Source: Candidatus Gottesmanbacteria bacterium | GTDB lineage: Bacteria; Patescibacteriota; Microgenomatia; UBA10105; UBA927 | DNA: 64,000 nucleotides | Assembly: GCA_963714095.1 (NCBI GenBank) | Contig: OY970230.1 | Location: forward strand, 660,084 to 724,083 | Direction: 5' to 3' | Part shown: piece after piece, positions 20,963-31,950 of the stretch | Numbering within the stretch: position 1 is the stretch's first letter | Layout of the letters: every line of letters begins with the position of its first letter | Program-made: the position numbers and the translations under genes | Notes under the pieces: generated by a model | The model's database searches: none | The model's input: only the letters and a program-made list of their open reading frames with translations | What the model was told of the DNA's origin: nothing

Positions 20963-21286
20963 ATGCTTTCTTCCGATCATAGATTGCCCAAAGAAGACAT
21001 CGCTCCGATTTTGCGACGCGGTACTCACGTCAGAAATGAGATCATCGAACTGATTTACAAAAAAACAAATACTGATAACGTCTCTCGCTTCGCATTTATC
21101 GTTTCTACAAAAATTGATAAACGCGCAACGAGCCGTAACCGTATGCGCAGAACCATGAGTGAATCTGTGCGGCATCTGATATCTGCCCTTCCTCCGATCG
21201 ACGGCATATTTGTTGCGAAAAAGAATTTCGCAGATCTTTCTCAGATCGAGGTAGAAAAAATCATCCACGCGCTTCTCCGGTTATGA
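20963..21286 (+). CDS. rnpA: Ribonuclease P protein component
   Basis: [22 protein letters not shown] (RNR motif); synteny. Confidence 0.92.
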   Translation: MLSSDHRLPKEDIAPILRRGTHVRNEIIELIYKKTNTDNVSRFAFIVSTKIDKRATSRNRMRRTMSESVRHLISALPPIDGIFVAKKNFADLSQIEVEKIIHALLRL

Positions 21287-21522
21287 AAAAATTTATTTTA
21301 AAATCCATCCGTTTTTACCAGCGGTATATTTCGTTGGATACCGGCTTACTGCATGCCCTATTCCCTATTAGGGTGTGCCGGTTTACGCCGACATGCAGCG
21401 AGTATACCTATCAGGCGATCGAGCGCTATGGTATACTATACGGATCGCAGCTAGGGTTGGCGCGCATTATCCGCTGCCACCCGTGGAACCGCGGCGGATA
21501 CGATCCCGTTCCAAAAAAATAA
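21283..21522 (+). CDS. yidD: Membrane protein insertion efficiency factor
   Basis: [10 protein letters not shown]...RCHPW..GGYDPVP. Confidence 0.95.
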   Translation: MKKFILKSIRFYQRYISLDTGLLHALFPIRVCRFTPTCSEYTYQAIERYGILYGSQLGLARIIRCHPWNRGGYDPVPKK

Positions 21523-21541
21523 TACAATTATTTTTTAGTCT

Positions 21542-22357
21542 ATGAATAATCCGAATCTTTGGAATCAAATTCTTGTCTGGCCGATTTTAAACGTGCTGAT
21601 TGCCCTCTATAAACTTTTTGAAAGTTTGCACGTGCCGGGACCCCTGGGATTTGCGGTCATCGGGCTTACGCTCATCATCAGGCTTCTTCTCTACCCTCTT
21701 ATGGCTGCACAACTTAGGAGTGCCAAAAAAATGGCGGCGATCAAGCCGCACATGGACGCGCTTGCCATCAAACACAAAGGCGACAAAAAAGCGCTTCAGG
21801 AAGCACAGATGGCTCTTTACAAAGAACACGGCGTCAACCCGGCCGCGGGTTGCCTCCCCCTCCTTATCCAAATGCCCGTCCTCATTGCGCTCTATAATGT
21901 GTTTTATCAGGTATTAAATGCAGGAAATATTGCTAAGGTGGTAACGGATATAAATAAAATCGTGTATCTGCCGGCGTTTAAAATTAGCAACCTGGACCTT
22001 AATTTTTTCGGCGTCGATCTTGCGATAAAACCGTCGCAATTTCAGAAATACGGATACGTGTTCCTTCTGGTTCCTTTAATTACGGCAGCCTTGCAATGGT
22101 GGCAGACAAAATTGATGATGGCGGCCATACCCAAAGCGCCGGTAGCGGACAAAGCGCTCGTAAAACCAGCAGGCGGAAAGAAGGATGAAAAACCACCGGA
22201 GGATATGGCAGCGGACATGCAAAAACAGATGGCAATTCTTACTCCCATTATGTTCGGCTATTTTGCCTATACGTTTCCATTAGGTCTTGCACTGTACTGG
22301 AATGTCTTCGGTCTTTTTGGTATCATGCAGCAGATTGCGATTAATAAGGAAACATAA
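21542..22357 (+). CDS. yidC: YidC/Oxa1 membrane protein insertase
   Basis: IRLLLYPL, YKEHGVNPAAGCLPLLIQMP and GLALYW. Confidence 0.93.
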   Translation: MNNPNLWNQILVWPILNVLIALYKLFESLHVPGPLGFAVIGLTLIIRLLLYPLMAAQLRSAKKMAAIKPHMDALAIKHKGDKKALQEAQMALYKEHGVNPAAGCLPLLIQMPVLIALYNVFYQVLNAGNIAKVVTDINKIVYLPAFKISNLDLNFFGVDLAIKPSQFQKYGYVFLLVPLITAALQWWQTKLMMAAIPKAPVADKALVKPAGGKKDEKPPEDMAADMQKQMAILTPIMFGYFAYTFPLGLALYWNVFGLFGIMQQIAINKET

Positions 22358-22359
22358 AT

Positions 22360-22815
22360 ATGGAACAGATAGACCAAGTCAAACAGATTACGGAAGATTT
22401 ACTCAAGCGCCTGGGTATATCCGGAGATGTCGCGGTTGACGTGGACGAAACCGGCGCATTCCGGGTACATATCGAAACGGAAGAAACGGGACTCCTCATC
22501 GGATTCCATGGGAAAACGCTGGAAAGTTTCCAGATTATTTTAGGACTGTTGGTTTCCAAAGAATTGACGGCTTGGGTGAAGGTGTACGTGAATGTGGGCG
22601 ACTACCGCGAAAAGCGCGAAGAAGCGCTCATGCTTATGGCCCAGCATGCCGCAGAGCGCGCACTTGCCGCCGGGCGTCCCATAGAGCTCCCTCATTTATC
22701 TGCGTCGGAACGGCGTGTTATTCATCTGACGCTTGCCGGTGACGAACGGGTGGAAACGGAATCTGTCGGCGAAGGCATGTCCCGCACCCTGCTCGTGAAA
22801 CCAAAGGCAATTTAA
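22360..22815 (+). CDS. jag: Jag/KhpB KH-R3H RNA-binding protein
   Basis: LIGFHGKTL and ERRVIH; synteny. Confidence 0.88.
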   Translation: MEQIDQVKQITEDLLKRLGISGDVAVDVDETGAFRVHIETEETGLLIGFHGKTLESFQIILGLLVSKELTAWVKVYVNVGDYREKREEALMLMAQHAAERALAAGRPIELPHLSASERRVIHLTLAGDERVETESVGEGMSRTLLVKPKAI

Positions 22816-22830
22816 CGTATTATTGGGGGG

Positions 22831-24066
22831 ATGACTGAATTATTGTTTTTTCTTCTTCTCGTTCTGCTTCCGACACAGCTGGGATACCACTTCTGGCCGA
22901 GTTGGGCGCTGGTGTTAGGGAGAAGAATTGATTACCTTTCCCCCACTTTGTATCTTACCGATATTCTTATTTTTTTTCTCCTCATCAGTTGGTTTATTTT
23001 TAACAGGAAAAATATTTTTTCTCATAAAAAAATTCCACGTCCCGCGATCGTCAAAATTTTTTGTTTTCTTGTTTTTATTTTTATTAATAGTTATTTTGCC
23101 GCCGACCGGATGGTCGCCTTGTTTGCCTGGATAAAAATTTTGGAATTATCGGGATTAGGTCTGTATATCATAAAGACAAAACCGAAAGTAGTGGAAATTA
23201 TATTTCCATTATCCATCGGCGTTTTATATTCATCAGGTATCGCGATTGTCCAATTTTTATTGCAGCATTCCATCGGCGGAGTTTTTTGGTTTCTCGGAGA
23301 ACGGACGTTTTCGGCGATAACCCCGGGGATCGCTCAAATTTCTTTGTGTTTTTTACACCGGTTCAGTTGTCCGTTGACACTGCGCTCGTATGCGACATTC
23401 CCCCACCCCAACGTGTTGGGAGGTTTTTTGGCAGTGACACTGACATTGATCATCTACCAATTAACCAATTCATCAATGAAACAATTTTCCAATCGTAAAA
23501 AAATATTTTATACGATAACTATTATTTCAGGAATTATTGCGCTGGTACTCACATTCAGCAGAAGCGCATGGATTGTTTTGATATTTGGTTGTGTGTATTT
23601 GGTATTCCGAAAAAAGAAACATTTCTTTTTTCCGGTATTATTATCTGCAATTCTTTTTCTCTTCTTTGTCGGAACAACGTTCGGGTTTCAGGACGAGTCA
23701 GTCGTGGTGCGCGAACAATTAAACTCAGCGGCAGTTTTAATCGTCACCGCATCCCCCGTCATCGGCAGCGGGATGGGAAATTTTTTGGTCCGGCTCCCCG
23801 ACTTTCTGGTTTCGCGGACTATATATTTTTTACAGCCCGTACATAATATTTATTTGCTGCTGTTGTCGGAAATAGGAATTATCGGGTGCGCACTTTTCCT
23901 GTGGGTTCTATGGAAGTCGGGGAAAAATATGTTCAGAAAATTTTCCGTGTATCAGCTCTTACTTTGTATGCTGTTAGTTATTGGTCTCGTGGATCATTAT
24001 CCGCTGACCATACAGCAGGGACAACTCATGTTTACAATTTTTCTTTCCCTTTCTTTGATACAATAA
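22831..24066 (+). CDS. O-antigen ligase family (Wzy_C) protein
   Basis: RSYATFPHPN, TFSRSAW and PVHNIYL; many TM segments. Confidence 0.82.
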   Translation: MTELLFFLLLVLLPTQLGYHFWPSWALVLGRRIDYLSPTLYLTDILIFFLLISWFIFNRKNIFSHKKIPRPAIVKIFCFLVFIFINSYFAADRMVALFAWIKILELSGLGLYIIKTKPKVVEIIFPLSIGVLYSSGIAIVQFLLQHSIGGVFWFLGERTFSAITPGIAQISLCFLHRFSCPLTLRSYATFPHPNVLGGFLAVTLTLIIYQLTNSSMKQFSNRKKIFYTITIISGIIALVLTFSRSAWIVLIFGCVYLVFRKKKHFFFPVLLSAILFLFFVGTTFGFQDESVVVREQLNSAAVLIVTASPVIGSGMGNFLVRLPDFLVSRTIYFLQPVHNIYLLLLSEIGIIGCALFLWVLWKSGKNMFRKFSVYQLLLCMLLVIGLVDHYPLTIQQGQLMFTIFLSLSLIQ

Positions 24067-24070
24067 CGAT

Positions 24071-25300
24071 ATGAAGAAAACTATCGCCCTCAATACGGTA
24101 AGCCAGCTTATCGGGAAAGCCGTAAGCGCGATCGCCACGTTTATCGTCACATTTCTTGTCGCCCGGCAACTGGGTGCCGCGGGCTACGGCGATTTCGTCA
24201 AAATCACAACATACATAGCATTTTTCTATTTGCTCGCGGATTTCGGCATGAACGCCATCTATTTACAGCAGGCGGAATCACGCCTCGCGTGGCCCGCGCT
24301 TATTATCATCCGGACACTCGGGAGCATTCTCCTCATTGCATTGTCTTTGGGAATAGTCATGATGCTGCCCGGCAGGGGGACTCAGGGATACACGCCGTTT
24401 GTGAGATTAGGAATTTTGTTGTATTCCCCCACTATTCTGCTGCAGGCCTGGATTACGACCGGAAATGCGATTTTTCAGAAACGGCTCCGGTATGACCTTG
24501 CGACCTGGGCAATTTTTTTCGGTTCAGTTGTATCAGTTATTTTCGTATGGATTTTTTTCGTTGCCGCGCCCGTACCCAACGTCATGACGGCGCTTATGGT
24601 TTTGGGAGCAGGGACTCTCGTCACGGGAGCATGCGCAATGCTTTTTGCGTTCCGGTCACACCCGGTATCTTCATGGAACATTTCCGTCCGCGATATGATG
24701 CGGATCCTCGTCCCTTCTCTTCCACTCGGCATTACCCTGGTTTTTAATCTGGTGTATTTTCGGGCGGACAGCGTCGTGATTACTCTTACCCGTCCGACGG
24801 TTGAAGTCGGCGTGTACGGGCTGGCGTATAAAGTATTTGAAGTGGTCCTGGTTTTCCCTACATTTTTTATGAACGCTGTGTACCCTCTCATGCTCAGGCA
24901 GCAGCACATGAAACTGAAAAAAATGTTTCTGAATTCTTTTTTGTTTTTGTTTCTGACGTCTTTGGTAACCGTATTTGTTTTATGGTTTGCGGCTCCCCTG
25001 TTGTCATTTGTTAAAAGCGATTTTATTGCAAGTATCGGGGCTCTTCGTGTCTTATCGTTGGGTCTCCCGTTTTTCTTTGTGACGAGTACCACGATGTGGG
25101 CGCTTATCGCATTAAAAAAACAGTCTGCTCTCGCCGCAATTTACGGCGTATCGATGATCGTCAATATTGCCGGTAATATTCTTTTGGTGCCGCAGTACGG
25201 ATTTATGGCGGCTGCATGGTTAACGGTTGCGTGTGAAGGATTGGTGCTGGTATTAAGCGGACTTGTTTTGGTACAATCATTTTCTCATTCAAAAAATTAA
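24071..25300 (+). CDS. Wzx-type oligosaccharide flippase
   Basis: About 12 TM segments, ARQLGAAGYG, ADFG and VGVYGLAYK. Confidence 0.82.
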   Translation: MKKTIALNTVSQLIGKAVSAIATFIVTFLVARQLGAAGYGDFVKITTYIAFFYLLADFGMNAIYLQQAESRLAWPALIIIRTLGSILLIALSLGIVMMLPGRGTQGYTPFVRLGILLYSPTILLQAWITTGNAIFQKRLRYDLATWAIFFGSVVSVIFVWIFFVAAPVPNVMTALMVLGAGTLVTGACAMLFAFRSHPVSSWNISVRDMMRILVPSLPLGITLVFNLVYFRADSVVITLTRPTVEVGVYGLAYKVFEVVLVFPTFFMNAVYPLMLRQQHMKLKKMFLNSFLFLFLTSLVTVFVLWFAAPLLSFVKSDFIASIGALRVLSLGLPFFFVTSTTMWALIALKKQSALAAIYGVSMIVNIAGNILLVPQYGFMAAAWLTVACEGLVLVLSGLVLVQSFSHSKN

Positions 25301-25304
25301 TGAT

Positions 25305-25709
25305 ATGAAATTTATCGTACATACTGATGGGGGAGCGAGGAACAATCCCGGGCCGGCGGCAATCGGCGTGGTTATTGAAGACGGAACAAAGAAAAAAATT
25401 CAGGAGTTCGGAAAGCGGATCGGTAATGCGACAAACAACGTTGCGGAATACACGGCGGTTGCCCAAGCATTGGGGGCAATAAAAGAACTGGCAGGGGAGT
25501 CACCGGAAATATTTTTTTATTTGGACTCAACACTCGTTGTCAATCAGTTAAACGGATTCTTTAAAATTAAAGACGCGACCCTTCGCGCGCTTGCCACCGA
25601 CATCCGGATTTTGGAGACTGAGGTCGGGGGAGTGGTTCACTATACTGCCGTCCCCAGAGAACGAAACCGTCGGGCGGATTTTCTGGTAAACCAAGCATTA
25701 GATTCGTGA
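25305..25709 (+). CDS. rnhA: Ribonuclease HI family protein
   Basis: HTDGGARNNPGPAAIG, TNNVAEY, DSTLVVNQ and N.RAD. Confidence 0.88.
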   Translation: MKFIVHTDGGARNNPGPAAIGVVIEDGTKKKIQEFGKRIGNATNNVAEYTAVAQALGAIKELAGESPEIFFYLDSTLVVNQLNGFFKIKDATLRALATDIRILETEVGGVVHYTAVPRERNRRADFLVNQALDS

Positions 25710-25822
25710 TGGTTACCTCCTCATGTCGGCTTGATTCAGTTCCCTGTGGATGAGCACCTTTTGTGCCGTTGTTTTCGGCTGTCCTTTTTGCAATAATACA
25801 AACGCCGTATTTTCTCCAAACT

Positions 25823-28315
25823 ATGCGTTCTGCTGCCACATCATCTGTACAAGGCACTGATGCCGATTTACCAACAGCCCGTATTGACGCGCAGGACGAC
25901 CCATCCGTATTCCCGCTGCGGGAATACTTGGAAACACACGGCGTTGGGGTGCACATTAATACGCCTCCCGGCAGCAATGTTACCTATCATATTATAATGG
26001 GTGATCAGGCGTTTGTGAAACAAATATTTTCCCGTACGGATAAACGGAGTCAGAAATGCCTTGCAATTGTTGTCGGCGACCGGTATCAGGATCCCGATCC
26101 GGGTGACTATCAGAGTAAAATTGTTTGTATTGATCCGAAAGAATTATCCTCTGACAACGTGATGGATATATTCGATTTTTTCTTCACGTCGGAAAAAAGA
26201 ATTCTTGACCTGCGGACAGAGCGACATACCCGAATCGTACATGAGAAACCGTTTGGTGAATCCCAGGCGCCCGCGGTCGCGGTTGCGGTAGCGGATAAGG
26301 AACGGATAGATACTCTTATTTCCGACGTATTCGGTGAGAGTATAAAGACAGGAGTGAGAAAAAAGAAAGAACTGCCCCGGCGGCATCGGAAAAAAAGCCG
26401 GTGGGTCATCGCACTGCTGATAGGTATAGGACTTCTTATTATTCCGACGATTTGGTATTTGGTCAGTGTTGCGGTCAGCGGTATAGCAATGGCCGCAAGT
26501 GCGCGTTCTATGACCGCAGGAGATATGGGCGCGGCAAGTTGGCAATCGAGGGTTGCAAAATATTGGACCGGACAGGGGAGTATAGTACTTGACGCTGCCG
26601 CCGTTCCTCTTTCGTGGGCCGGTCAAGAGGATTTGATCCGCGGTCAACAGCGGCTGATGTCATTTTTTTCGGATGCGGAAACGGCCAGCGATGAAGTCCA
26701 ATCCATGCTTGGGGTAGGCCAGTCAGTTGCGTCCGGACTGTTAAACCAGGTGGACGTTACCGGCACCGGCACGACACCTGCGGCCGATATCACCCAGCTG
26801 CGGATTTCTCTTGACTCGGTTCAGAACACGCTGGGACTGGCTCAGGCGGAACTTGTACTGCTACTTTCGGACCGTACGTTTCCGTTTTCCGTGCCGTTAG
26901 CCGCCAGGGCGGGAACGTCTATTGTTTCGCAGCTTTCCACAATCCGCGATTCCGCTGCCAACATGGATGACCTTGTTTCACTATTTTTGCAGCTTGCCGG
27001 ATTTAACGAACAGAAAACGTATTTAATCCTTTTGCAGAACAGTAACGAACTGCGGCCAACCGGCGGGTTTATCGGAAGTGTGGCCGTTTCTTCATTTGAA
27101 GACGGACGGATGACGGATCTTCAGGTGCAGGATGTCTATACGTTTGACGGGCAACTCAAAGGGCACGTGGATCCGCCGGTACCTGTCCGGGAGCTGCTTG
27201 GACAGGAGCACTGGTATTTACGCGATTCAAACTGGGATCCGGATTTTTTGGTAAGTGCCGCGCGTGCTGCATGGTTTTACCAGAAGGAAACGGGGAGTAA
27301 TGTGGATGGGGTGTTGGCAATTAACACTCCGTTTATCGTTGAGGTACTGAAAGCTACGGGCCCCATTGATCTACCCGACTACAATGACCGGATTACCGCA
27401 GATAATTTTTACGGTAAGTCCCTCTACTATACGCAAAACGATTCTTTCCCGGGATCGACTCAGAAAAAAGATTTTTTAGGAACGCTGGCACGGGCTCTCA
27501 TAACAAAAATTACAACGAGTAAGACGACAAATATGCAAGCATTATTTCATGCCATAACCACCTCGTTTGCCGGGCATGACATTCTCATGATGTTCGGGTC
27601 GCCCGATCTCCAGTCGGTTATCACCCATTACGGATGGGCAGGCAGGGTGCCGTCTACAACCGGATGCGAGGGTACGGAAGCGGCAGCTTGCAGCTTTGAT
27701 CCGTTCGTTATGGTTGAAGCCAATATGGGAGTCAATAAGGCAAATTATTTTGTAAGCCGTACAGTTGACCGGCAGGTTACCATAAATACGGACGGTGGCA
27801 TCAGTGAAACCGTGACGGCGACACTCAAAAACACCAGCGGGGGGGATCAAAGTTTGCCGTACCGGACATATACGCGGTTTTTATTGCCCGCAGGTGTCAC
27901 GGTTTCCAGTGTCACGCTGGACGGAGCGGCGGTACCCGCTCGCAAAGATACGGCAAAAATACCTTCTCTTCCGTATTATGAGCGGACGGACGTTGCATCC
28001 GATTCCTATGTATTGGGGATAGGGATGGATGTTCCGGCAGGGAGTCAAAAGCAGTTGTCCGTAACGTATACGAGAGATAACGTCGTGCACTTCGGTGCAT
28101 CCGGGGCCGTCGTGGATTTTTTTGTCCAAAAGCAGCCGGGAGTGAGCGCGACCCCCGTTCATACGGTTGTCTACTACCCTGTCGCCTGGACTGCGGGGTT
28201 GGAAGAACAGGCATCCTCCGGCGGGTCAGGGGACTTTATTGCAAATGCAGGCCGACTCGAGTACAATACGGTTCTTGACCGCGATCGTATGACACGTATC
28301 CGGTTCACGAAATGA
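25823..28315 (+). CDS. DUF4012-domain membrane protein
   Basis: YLILLQNSNELRPTGGFIGS, RDSNWDPDF and QKQPG. Start uncertain (25763 or 25823). Confidence 0.8.
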   Translation: MRSAATSSVQGTDADLPTARIDAQDDPSVFPLREYLETHGVGVHINTPPGSNVTYHIIMGDQAFVKQIFSRTDKRSQKCLAIVVGDRYQDPDPGDYQSKIVCIDPKELSSDNVMDIFDFFFTSEKRILDLRTERHTRIVHEKPFGESQAPAVAVAVADKERIDTLISDVFGESIKTGVRKKKELPRRHRKKSRWVIALLIGIGLLIIPTIWYLVSVAVSGIAMAASARSMTAGDMGAASWQSRVAKYWTGQGSIVLDAAAVPLSWAGQEDLIRGQQRLMSFFSDAETASDEVQSMLGVGQSVASGLLNQVDVTGTGTTPAADITQLRISLDSVQNTLGLAQAELVLLLSDRTFPFSVPLAARAGTSIVSQLSTIRDSAANMDDLVSLFLQLAGFNEQKTYLILLQNSNELRPTGGFIGSVAVSSFEDGRMTDLQVQDVYTFDGQLKGHVDPPVPVRELLGQEHWYLRDSNWDPDFLVSAARAAWFYQKETGSNVDGVLAINTPFIVEVLKATGPIDLPDYNDRITADNFYGKSLYYTQNDSFPGSTQKKDFLGTLARALITKITTSKTTNMQALFHAITTSFAGHDILMMFGSPDLQSVITHYGWAGRVPSTTGCEGTEAAACSFDPFVMVEANMGVNKANYFVSRTVDRQVTINTDGGISETVTATLKNTSGGDQSLPYRTYTRFLLPAGVTVSSVTLDGAAVPARKDTAKIPSLPYYERTDVASDSYVLGIGMDVPAGSQKQLSVTYTRDNVVHFGASGAVVDFFVQKQPGVSATPVHTVVYYPVAWTAGLEEQASSGGSGDFIANAGRLEYNTVLDRDRMTRIRFTK

Positions 28316-29067
28316 AGAAACATTCCTTATCAGCAGACGTGCGTGATCTAGTCGGACGAAAGGTCAAGCGCCTTCGTGCGCAGGGCAACATTCCGGCTAC
28401 CGTTTACGGAAAAAACGTCAAAAGCATTTCCGTTGTGGTTCGAGCTGACGCATTCGAAAAGGTGTACAAGGAAGCAGGGGAGACAGGTCTTGTTGAACTT
28501 GCTGTTGGTAAGGATACGCGACCAGTCCTTGTACATACATTGCAAAAAGATCCCGTAACGAATCACTTACTTCACATTGAATTTCACCAGGTGGATTTGA
28601 AAGAGAAGGTACACGCAAATGTGCCGCTGGAACTGGCAGGAGACGCGCCGGCAGTCGTGGGGAAAGTCGGGGTTCTCCTGACGCTTATCGACCAGGTCGA
28701 AGTCGAGGCTTTGCCGATGGATTTGCCGGAAAAATTGAGTGTCGATGTTTCAAAGCTCTCCAAAGTGAATCAGGAAGTAAAAGTGGGTGAGTTGAAAATG
28801 CCTTCAGGTGTTACACTTTTGATGGATAAAGATCAGTCAGTCGTCAGGGTTGGAGCTTTAATCAGTAAAGAAGCAGAGGCAGAAGCAGTAGCTGAAGCCG
28901 CCGCAGCCGCAGCCGCCGCAGCTGAAGCCGCTGCAGCAGCGACACCAGCAACAGGCACTTCGCCGGCTGGCGGACCCGCCGAAGGAGCGCCATCGGCAGA
29001 CGTTGCGGCAAAACCTCAGGAAGCGGTAAAAGCTCCGGTTGGTGTTACTCCAAAAGCTTCGAAGTAA
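28312..29067 (+). CDS. rplY: 50S ribosomal protein L25 (CTC type)
   Basis: LRAQGNIPATVYG, QKDPV..LLHIEF and an Ala-rich tail. Confidence 0.93.
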   Translation: MKKHSLSADVRDLVGRKVKRLRAQGNIPATVYGKNVKSISVVVRADAFEKVYKEAGETGLVELAVGKDTRPVLVHTLQKDPVTNHLLHIEFHQVDLKEKVHANVPLELAGDAPAVVGKVGVLLTLIDQVEVEALPMDLPEKLSVDVSKLSKVNQEVKVGELKMPSGVTLLMDKDQSVVRVGALISKEAEAEAVAEAAAAAAAAAEAAAAATPATGTSPAGGPAEGAPSADVAAKPQEAVKAPVGVTPKASK

Positions 29068-29548
29068 AAGCGGTCAATCGGTCCACGACAGCATTATTAG
29101 GATCCAGAAGTTGAGCTTTCAACAGATCTGCATGTGCCTGCATAAGATTCCCTTCGCCGTAGTAAAGTGCTGAGAGCTGCACATACCCATCGCGATAATC
29201 AGGGTGAACACTAAGCACATTTTGCCAAAAGATCATGTCTGCTTCTTTCTGTTGTGCTTGTGCTGTTGTCGCGGCGCCAAGTACAGGGCTCAGTTCTGCC
29301 ACAATCGCACGTTCCCTACTAGCGCCTGTGCCCTCAAGCGTTTGGGCGAGAGCTTCATGGGCAGGGGCGGAAAATGGGTGAGTGAATACGGCAAAAAGGT
29401 TTTCAGAATAGGATAAAGGCTTAGTCAGCCACAAAAAGACGTTGAAGCTGACCAGCGCTAGAAGTACTACCCAAAGACAGAGATTTCCGACCCGCGAAAA
29501 GGTTTTTGCGGAGAATATTCGGGAAATATGCGGTAAATGTAGATTCAT
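29045..29548 (-). CDS. TPR-containing membrane protein
   Basis: TM helix plus HPDYRDGYVQLSALYY...LDPNN. Start uncertain. Confidence 0.65.
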   Translation of the reverse strand: MNLHLPHISRIFSAKTFSRVGNLCLWVVLLALVSFNVFLWLTKPLSYSENLFAVFTHPFSAPAHEALAQTLEGTGASRERAIVAELSPVLGAATTAQAQQKEADMIFWQNVLSVHPDYRDGYVQLSALYYGEGNLMQAHADLLKAQLLDPNNAVVDRLTAFTSKLLE

Positions 29549-29592
29549 AAAGAAATGTGGTACCATTGTAGGCAGACGAAGGGGATTTTGCA

Positions 29593-30276
29593 ATGGTTGA
29601 TACGAAACGGCTTGGTACAATAATTCGTCTGTTAAAACAGACGTATCCGGACGCACGCATTGTTCTTCGGTATTCAAACCCCTGGGAGCTGTTGGTTGCC
29701 GTCATCCTTTCGGCCCAGTGTACCGATGTTACCGTTAATAAAGTGACGGAAAAGCTGTTTGCCAAGTATAAAACATTGGATGCATACCTGCGTGCGAGTC
29801 AGTCTGATTTTGAGCAGGATATCAAATCAACGGGGTTTTACCATAATAAAGCAAAAAATATCTTGGCCTCCGCAAAACTTATAAAGACCAAATTTAACGG
29901 GAAAGTCCCCGACACAATGGAAGCACTTTTAACCCTTCCGGGTGTCGCACGCAAAACTGCCAACGTCGTTTTGGGGAATGCCTACGGAATAGTCGTAGGA
30001 ATTGCAGTCGACACGCATGTCCTGCGTCTGAGCCAGCGGCTGCGCCTGGTGGATCTGAACAAAATCGGCGGTAAGAAACTGATGATTGATTTTAAAAAAG
30101 ATGCCGATCCGGTAAAGATCGAGAAAGAACTGATGGCGGTAATCCCAAAAAAAGACTGGTATACGCTGACTTATCTTCTGATTGATCACGGCCGCGCTGT
30201 ATGCCGCGCCCAAAATCCCAACTGCGCTGGATGCGTGGTCAGTAGGCTGTGTCCGTCCTCCCGCTTGCAGGTGTGA
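29593..30276 (+). CDS. nth: Endonuclease III
   Basis: LSAQCTD, LPGVARKTAN, VDTHV and C-x6-C-x2-C-x5-C. Confidence 0.95.
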   Translation: MVDTKRLGTIIRLLKQTYPDARIVLRYSNPWELLVAVILSAQCTDVTVNKVTEKLFAKYKTLDAYLRASQSDFEQDIKSTGFYHNKAKNILASAKLIKTKFNGKVPDTMEALLTLPGVARKTANVVLGNAYGIVVGIAVDTHVLRLSQRLRLVDLNKIGGKKLMIDFKKDADPVKIEKELMAVIPKKDWYTLTYLLIDHGRAVCRAQNPNCAGCVVSRLCPSSRLQV

Positions 30277-30332
30277 GAGGTCTGTGGTATCCTTTCCCCA
30301 TTACAAAGCACGTTTTACGATAAAGGAGTAGT

Positions 30333-31013
30333 ATGCCGCGAAAAACGACGAAAAAAATAACAAAAAAGCTGCCGGCCGTTCATGAAATGATCGATACGAA
30401 AACGGAAGATCTTATCCCGATGGAATCTCCTAAACAGGTACGTCGTCTCCCCTGGGTACGTGTGGCAGTCGTTGTTGTCATACTGGGGTTGATTGCATTT
30501 TTTGCGTCCAACAAAGGACTCTTGGTTGCGGCGGTCGTCAACGGCAGGCCGATTTTCCGTTGGCAGCTTGATAGCACGCTTATAAGTCAGTACGGACAGC
30601 AAACACTTGATAGCATGATCAGCCAGGCGCTTATCAATGAAGAAGCGGCGAAGGCGGGTATTACTGTTTCCCAGGCTGATATAGCCAAAAAAGAAGCAGA
30701 TTTGGTTCAGAGTTTGGGCGGTAACGTGAGTATCGATGACGTCCTTCAGTATCAGGGGATGACTAGGGCGGATTTTGATAATCAGCTGCGTTTACAGATT
30801 ATGGTGGAGAAGCTTTTGGGGAAAGATATAACCATTTCTGACGCGGATATCACCGCCTATATCGCCACAAGCGGATCGACGCTTACCGCGACGACCGAAG
30901 CAGGTATGCGGGACGAAGCAAAACAGGCTATTTTTTCTCAGGAGATTAATGACAAGCTGCAGACGTGGTTTGCCGGGATTAAAGCAAAGGCGAATATCCT
31001 CCGGTTTTTGTAA
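30333..31013 (+). CDS. SurA N-terminal/PrsA-like foldase domain protein
   Basis: TM helix plus AAVVNGRPI, LINEEA..GITVS and KAKANI. Confidence 0.75.
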   Translation: MPRKTTKKITKKLPAVHEMIDTKTEDLIPMESPKQVRRLPWVRVAVVVVILGLIAFFASNKGLLVAAVVNGRPIFRWQLDSTLISQYGQQTLDSMISQALINEEAAKAGITVSQADIAKKEADLVQSLGGNVSIDDVLQYQGMTRADFDNQLRLQIMVEKLLGKDITISDADITAYIATSGSTLTATTEAGMRDEAKQAIFSQEINDKLQTWFAGIKAKANILRFL

Positions 31014-31019
31014 TACGAG

Positions 31020-31700
31020 ATGAAGAAAATATATATTCTTGCCGGCATATTGTTCGTGGGAATTGTCGGAGGAGCATTTCTTTGGAAGTCTCAGCCCAAG
31101 GCTGATCAGCCTCTGGCCGAGGCACCTACACCTACAAATATACCAACAGTAACACCAACAGCATCTATGACAAAAACATACACCAGTCCGCCTGCTATGA
31201 CTATTGATCCGAATAAAACGTACACAGCAACGATGGTGACGGATAAGGGAACGATGGTTATACCACTGTTTGCCAAAGACACGCCGGTGACAGTCAATAA
31301 TTTCGTATTTCTTGCCCGTGCCGGATTTTACAACAACACCATATTTCACCGTATCATAAAAGGATTCATGATTCAGGGGGGAGATCCGCGGGGTGACGGT
31401 ACCGGAGGCCCCGGATACACGTTTGCGGACGAACCTGTAACCCGTGACTATACCCGCGGAACAATTGCCATGGCAAACAGCGGCGCCAACACCAACGGCA
31501 GCCAATTTTTTATCATGCACGCGACTACGCCGCTTCCGAAACAGTATGTGATTTTTGGTGCAATTGACCCGTCAGATACTGCAAGTCTTGCAACGCTCGA
31601 TGCTATCGCATCGTCTCCGGTTACGGATAACGGAATGGGGGAGGACTCCAAACCGGTTGTCGCAACTGTGCTACAATCAATACAGATAAAGGAGGAATAA
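31020..31700 (+). CDS. Cyclophilin-type peptidyl-prolyl isomerase
   Basis: FHRIIKGFMIQGGDP and AMANSG.NTNGSQFFI. Confidence 0.93.
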   Translation: MKKIYILAGILFVGIVGGAFLWKSQPKADQPLAEAPTPTNIPTVTPTASMTKTYTSPPAMTIDPNKTYTATMVTDKGTMVIPLFAKDTPVTVNNFVFLARAGFYNNTIFHRIIKGFMIQGGDPRGDGTGGPGYTFADEPVTRDYTRGTIAMANSGANTNGSQFFIMHATTPLPKQYVIFGAIDPSDTASLATLDAIASSPVTDNGMGEDSKPVVATVLQSIQIKEE

Positions 31701-31704
31701 TACT

Positions 31705-31950
31705 ATGCCGTGGTATTTAGGAAGTGGTTCCATTATGAGCGCAGGGTTATTCGGGTGGGGAGTCATTCCGCTTGCCATCTGGTCGCTCTTGTGGACTGGA
31801 CTGGCTCTCTGGCACGCAGCGAAACGTAGCGAGAAGTGGTGGTTTATCCTATTTTTACTTGTTCATACCCTGGGAATACTGGAGATCGTGTATCTCGTGT
31901 TCGTCGCAAAAGCGTTTAGTGGCAAGAAAACTCCGCGTCGTCAGAAATGA
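31705..31950 (+). CDS. Small membrane protein (DUF5652-like)
   Basis: WSLLW.GLALWHAAK...WWF...TLGILEI.Y. Confidence 0.75.
   Translation: MPWYLGSGSIMSAGLFGWGVIPLAIWSLLWTGLALWHAAKRSEKWWFILFLLVHTLGILEIVYLVFVAKAFSGKKTPRRQK

Noticed and set aside
20837-21268. 143-aa minus-strand ORF
   Set aside because: It is antisense to rpmH and rnpA.
28880-28945. GCC/GCA repeat tract
   Set aside because: It is the ordinary Ala-rich tail of L25.
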